Positions 62,840 through 64,000 of a DNA stretch of 64,000 nucleotides are shown here, piece by piece. Every line of letters begins with the position of its first letter. Position 1 is the first letter of the stretch. This DNA comes from Thermoanaerobaculia bacterium. Its GTDB lineage: Bacteria; Acidobacteriota; Thermoanaerobaculia; UBA5066; DATFVB01. The notes under the pieces were generated by a model. It did not search any database. It was given only the letters and a program-made list of their open reading frames with translations, and was not told where the DNA came from. Position numbers and translations under genes: made by a program. The DNA lies in contig DASTIQ010000315.1 of assembly GCA_035717485.1 (NCBI GenBank), forward strand, positions 471-64,470, written 5' to 3'.

Positions 62840-63867
62840 GATTTCCCCCGCACCGCGTCGTAGTACGCGGAGACGGATTCGATCGGAGTCTCCGGCAGGA
62901 TGCCGTGTCCGAGGTTGACGATGTGGCCGAGCCCGCCCGTCTCGGCCATGATTTCCGCCACGCGCGCCGCGACGGATTCCGGCGTCCCGAAGAGCAGGGC
63001 CGGATCGAGATTTCCCTGGAGCGCCCGGCCGGGAAGCCGCCGCCGCACTTCCCCGAGCGAGCAGCGCCAGTCGATCGACAGCACGTTCGCCCCGGTTTCC
63101 GCCGCCGCTTCGAGGATCCCGGCGATTCCGTTGACGAAATAGATGACGGGCTTGCCGAGCCGTTCGAGCTTCGCGATCGCGTCCCGCACGTACGGTAGCG
63201 CGAATTCCCGGTACTCGGCGGGCGAGAGCTCCCCCGCCCACGTGTCGAAGAGCTGGACCGAGTCGGCGCCCGCCTCGAGCTGGGCCGCCAGGTAGGCGGC
63301 GACCATTCCCGAGAGCTTCGTCAGGAGCGCTCGCAGCGCCCGCGGCTCGCGCGTCATCATCCTCTTGATCACCGTGAAGTTCCGGGAGCCTCCCCCCTCG
63401 ACCAGATAGGAGGCGAGCGTCCACGGCGCGCCGGAGAACCCGAGGAGCGCGGCCGAATCTCCGACCGAGGCCCGAAGCGAACGGAGGATGTCCATCACGA
63501 AACGGGTCTCCCCCTCGGGATCGAACCCCCGAAGCGCCTCGACGTCGGCGGCGGTCCGCACGGGACGGCCGAGCTTCGGCCCCCCGTCGTCGATCTCGAC
63601 GGGCGCGCCCATCGCGCGGATCGGCACGAGGATGTCCGAAAAGAGGATCACGGCATCCGGCCGGAACCGCTCGAACGGCTGGAGCGACACCTCGACGGCG
63701 GCTTCGACGTCTTCGCAGAGCCCGAAGAAAGAGAGCCTTTCCCGCACTTTGCGGTACTCGGGCAGATACCGGCCGGCCTGGCGCATCATCCACGCCGGCG
63801 GACGATCGACCGCCAGGCCTCGCGCGGCATCGAGAAACCGGCGGCGCGGCGTGATCGTTTCCATCAT
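62836..63867 (-). CDS. hemE: Uroporphyrinogen decarboxylase
   Basis: 343 aa with the conserved PAWMMRQAGRYLPEY N-terminal motif. ATGA overlap with the hemN start. Confidence 0.85.
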   Translation of the reverse strand: MMETITPRRRFLDAARGLAVDRPPAWMMRQAGRYLPEYRKVRERLSFFGLCEDVEAAVEVSLQPFERFRPDAVILFSDILVPIRAMGAPVEIDDGGPKLGRPVRTAADVEALRGFDPEGETRFVMDILRSLRASVGDSAALLGFSGAPWTLASYLVEGGGSRNFTVIKRMMTREPRALRALLTKLSGMVAAYLAAQLEAGADSVQLFDTWAGELSPAEYREFALPYVRDAIAKLERLGKPVIYFVNGIAGILEAAAETGANVLSIDWRCSLGEVRRRLPGRALQGNLDPALLFGTPESVAARVAEIMAETGGLGHIVNLGHGILPETPIESVSAYYDAVRGKS

Positions 63868-63919
63868 CGTTTTCGATTCTATGCTGCCGCTCCGGGAGCG
63901 AATGATCCGTTTGCACCAT

Positions 63920-63946
63920 TTGCTCCCTTCCGATCCCCGCTACAAT
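63920..63946 (+). promoter_or_regulatory. Possible sigma70-like promoter (TTGCTC -35 / TACAAT -10) for a + strand gene starting at GTG 63955
   Basis: TACAAT at 63941-63946, 8 nt before a GTG that opens a hydrophobic ORF (VISAALLGIAALAFY...) running off the window. A 15-16 bp spacer to a weak -35. Confidence 0.2.
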
Positions 63947-64000
63947 CGACCGCGTGATCAGCGCCGCGCTCCTGGGAATCGCCGCCCTCGCTTTCTATGG

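Noticed and set aside
1-64000. Mobile elements, prophage or defence systems
   Set aside because: No transposase, integrase, recombinase, restriction-modification, toxin-antitoxin or Cas-like sequences were recognised in any frame. The window looks like core plus accessory metabolic chromosome.

Overview
This 64-kb window is very GC-rich (about 70%) bacterial chromosomal DNA. It is densely coded on both strands with roughly 60 genes. Many genes use GTG/TTG starts, and many neighbours share 4-nt ATGA/GTGA stop-start overlaps. I see no rRNA, CRISPR array, transposase or integrase. From 5' to 3' the content is as follows.

- **1-6.9 kb:** a thiol-disulfide/TPR/DUF962/cupin gene chain, a LOG-family gene divergent from an ABC-2 exporter, and a short low-GC membrane-protein cassette flanked by hairpins.
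- **7-12.6 kb:** an ornithine cyclodeaminase plus threonine-dehydratase-like pair, Fpg (MutM), a Zn-alcohol dehydrogenase and a TauE exporter.
- **12.6-17.7 kb:** a DauA-like SulP transporter broken by two compensating frameshifts, then UspA, a PAS-LuxR regulator, CBS-pair proteins and an HTH regulator.
- **17.8-24.6 kb:** a respiratory multihaem cytochrome operon. It holds a monohaem cytochrome c, two tandem CbcL-like multihaem-c/dihaem-b fusion proteins (about 13 and 19 haems) and an ImcH/NapC-like membrane cytochrome.
- **24.7-30 kb:** a P-type ATPase followed by a 124-bp tandem repeat pair, then a DUF5996 protein and a phosphofructokinase.
- **32.5-37.6 kb:** an MtrC-MtrA-MtrB-like outer-membrane porin-cytochrome conduit. 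It is a 10-haem 695-aa OmcA/MtrC-like protein, a 10-haem 303-aa MtrA-like protein and a 649-aa beta-barrel porin. It is transcribed divergently from a GGDEF cyclase.
- **38.6-51 kb:** CBS/UspA genes, an M64 peptidase, an actinobacterial-type E2-E1 fused 2-oxoglutarate dehydrogenase, a 1175-aa secreted protein with three near-identical 310-bp repeats, and a DUF885 protein.
- **51.1-52.4 kb:** a DedA-rhodanese fusion whose rhodanese active-site loop contains an in-frame TGA. A SECIS-like hairpin follows it, making this a selenocysteine candidate.
- **52.5-57.7 kb:** PAP2, an M20 hydrolase, a response regulator, tRNA-Leu(TAG) and tRNA-Lys(CTT), and a ThiS-like gene.
- **57.7-63.9 kb:** a hemE-hemN-hemH-hemY operon translationally coupled to a tryptophanase-family lyase.

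The most notable signals are the extracellular-electron-transfer gene island and the putative Sec-rhodanese.

Annotation is from protein motifs recognised by eye. Coordinates of starts placed inside fused ORFs are +/-3 nt.
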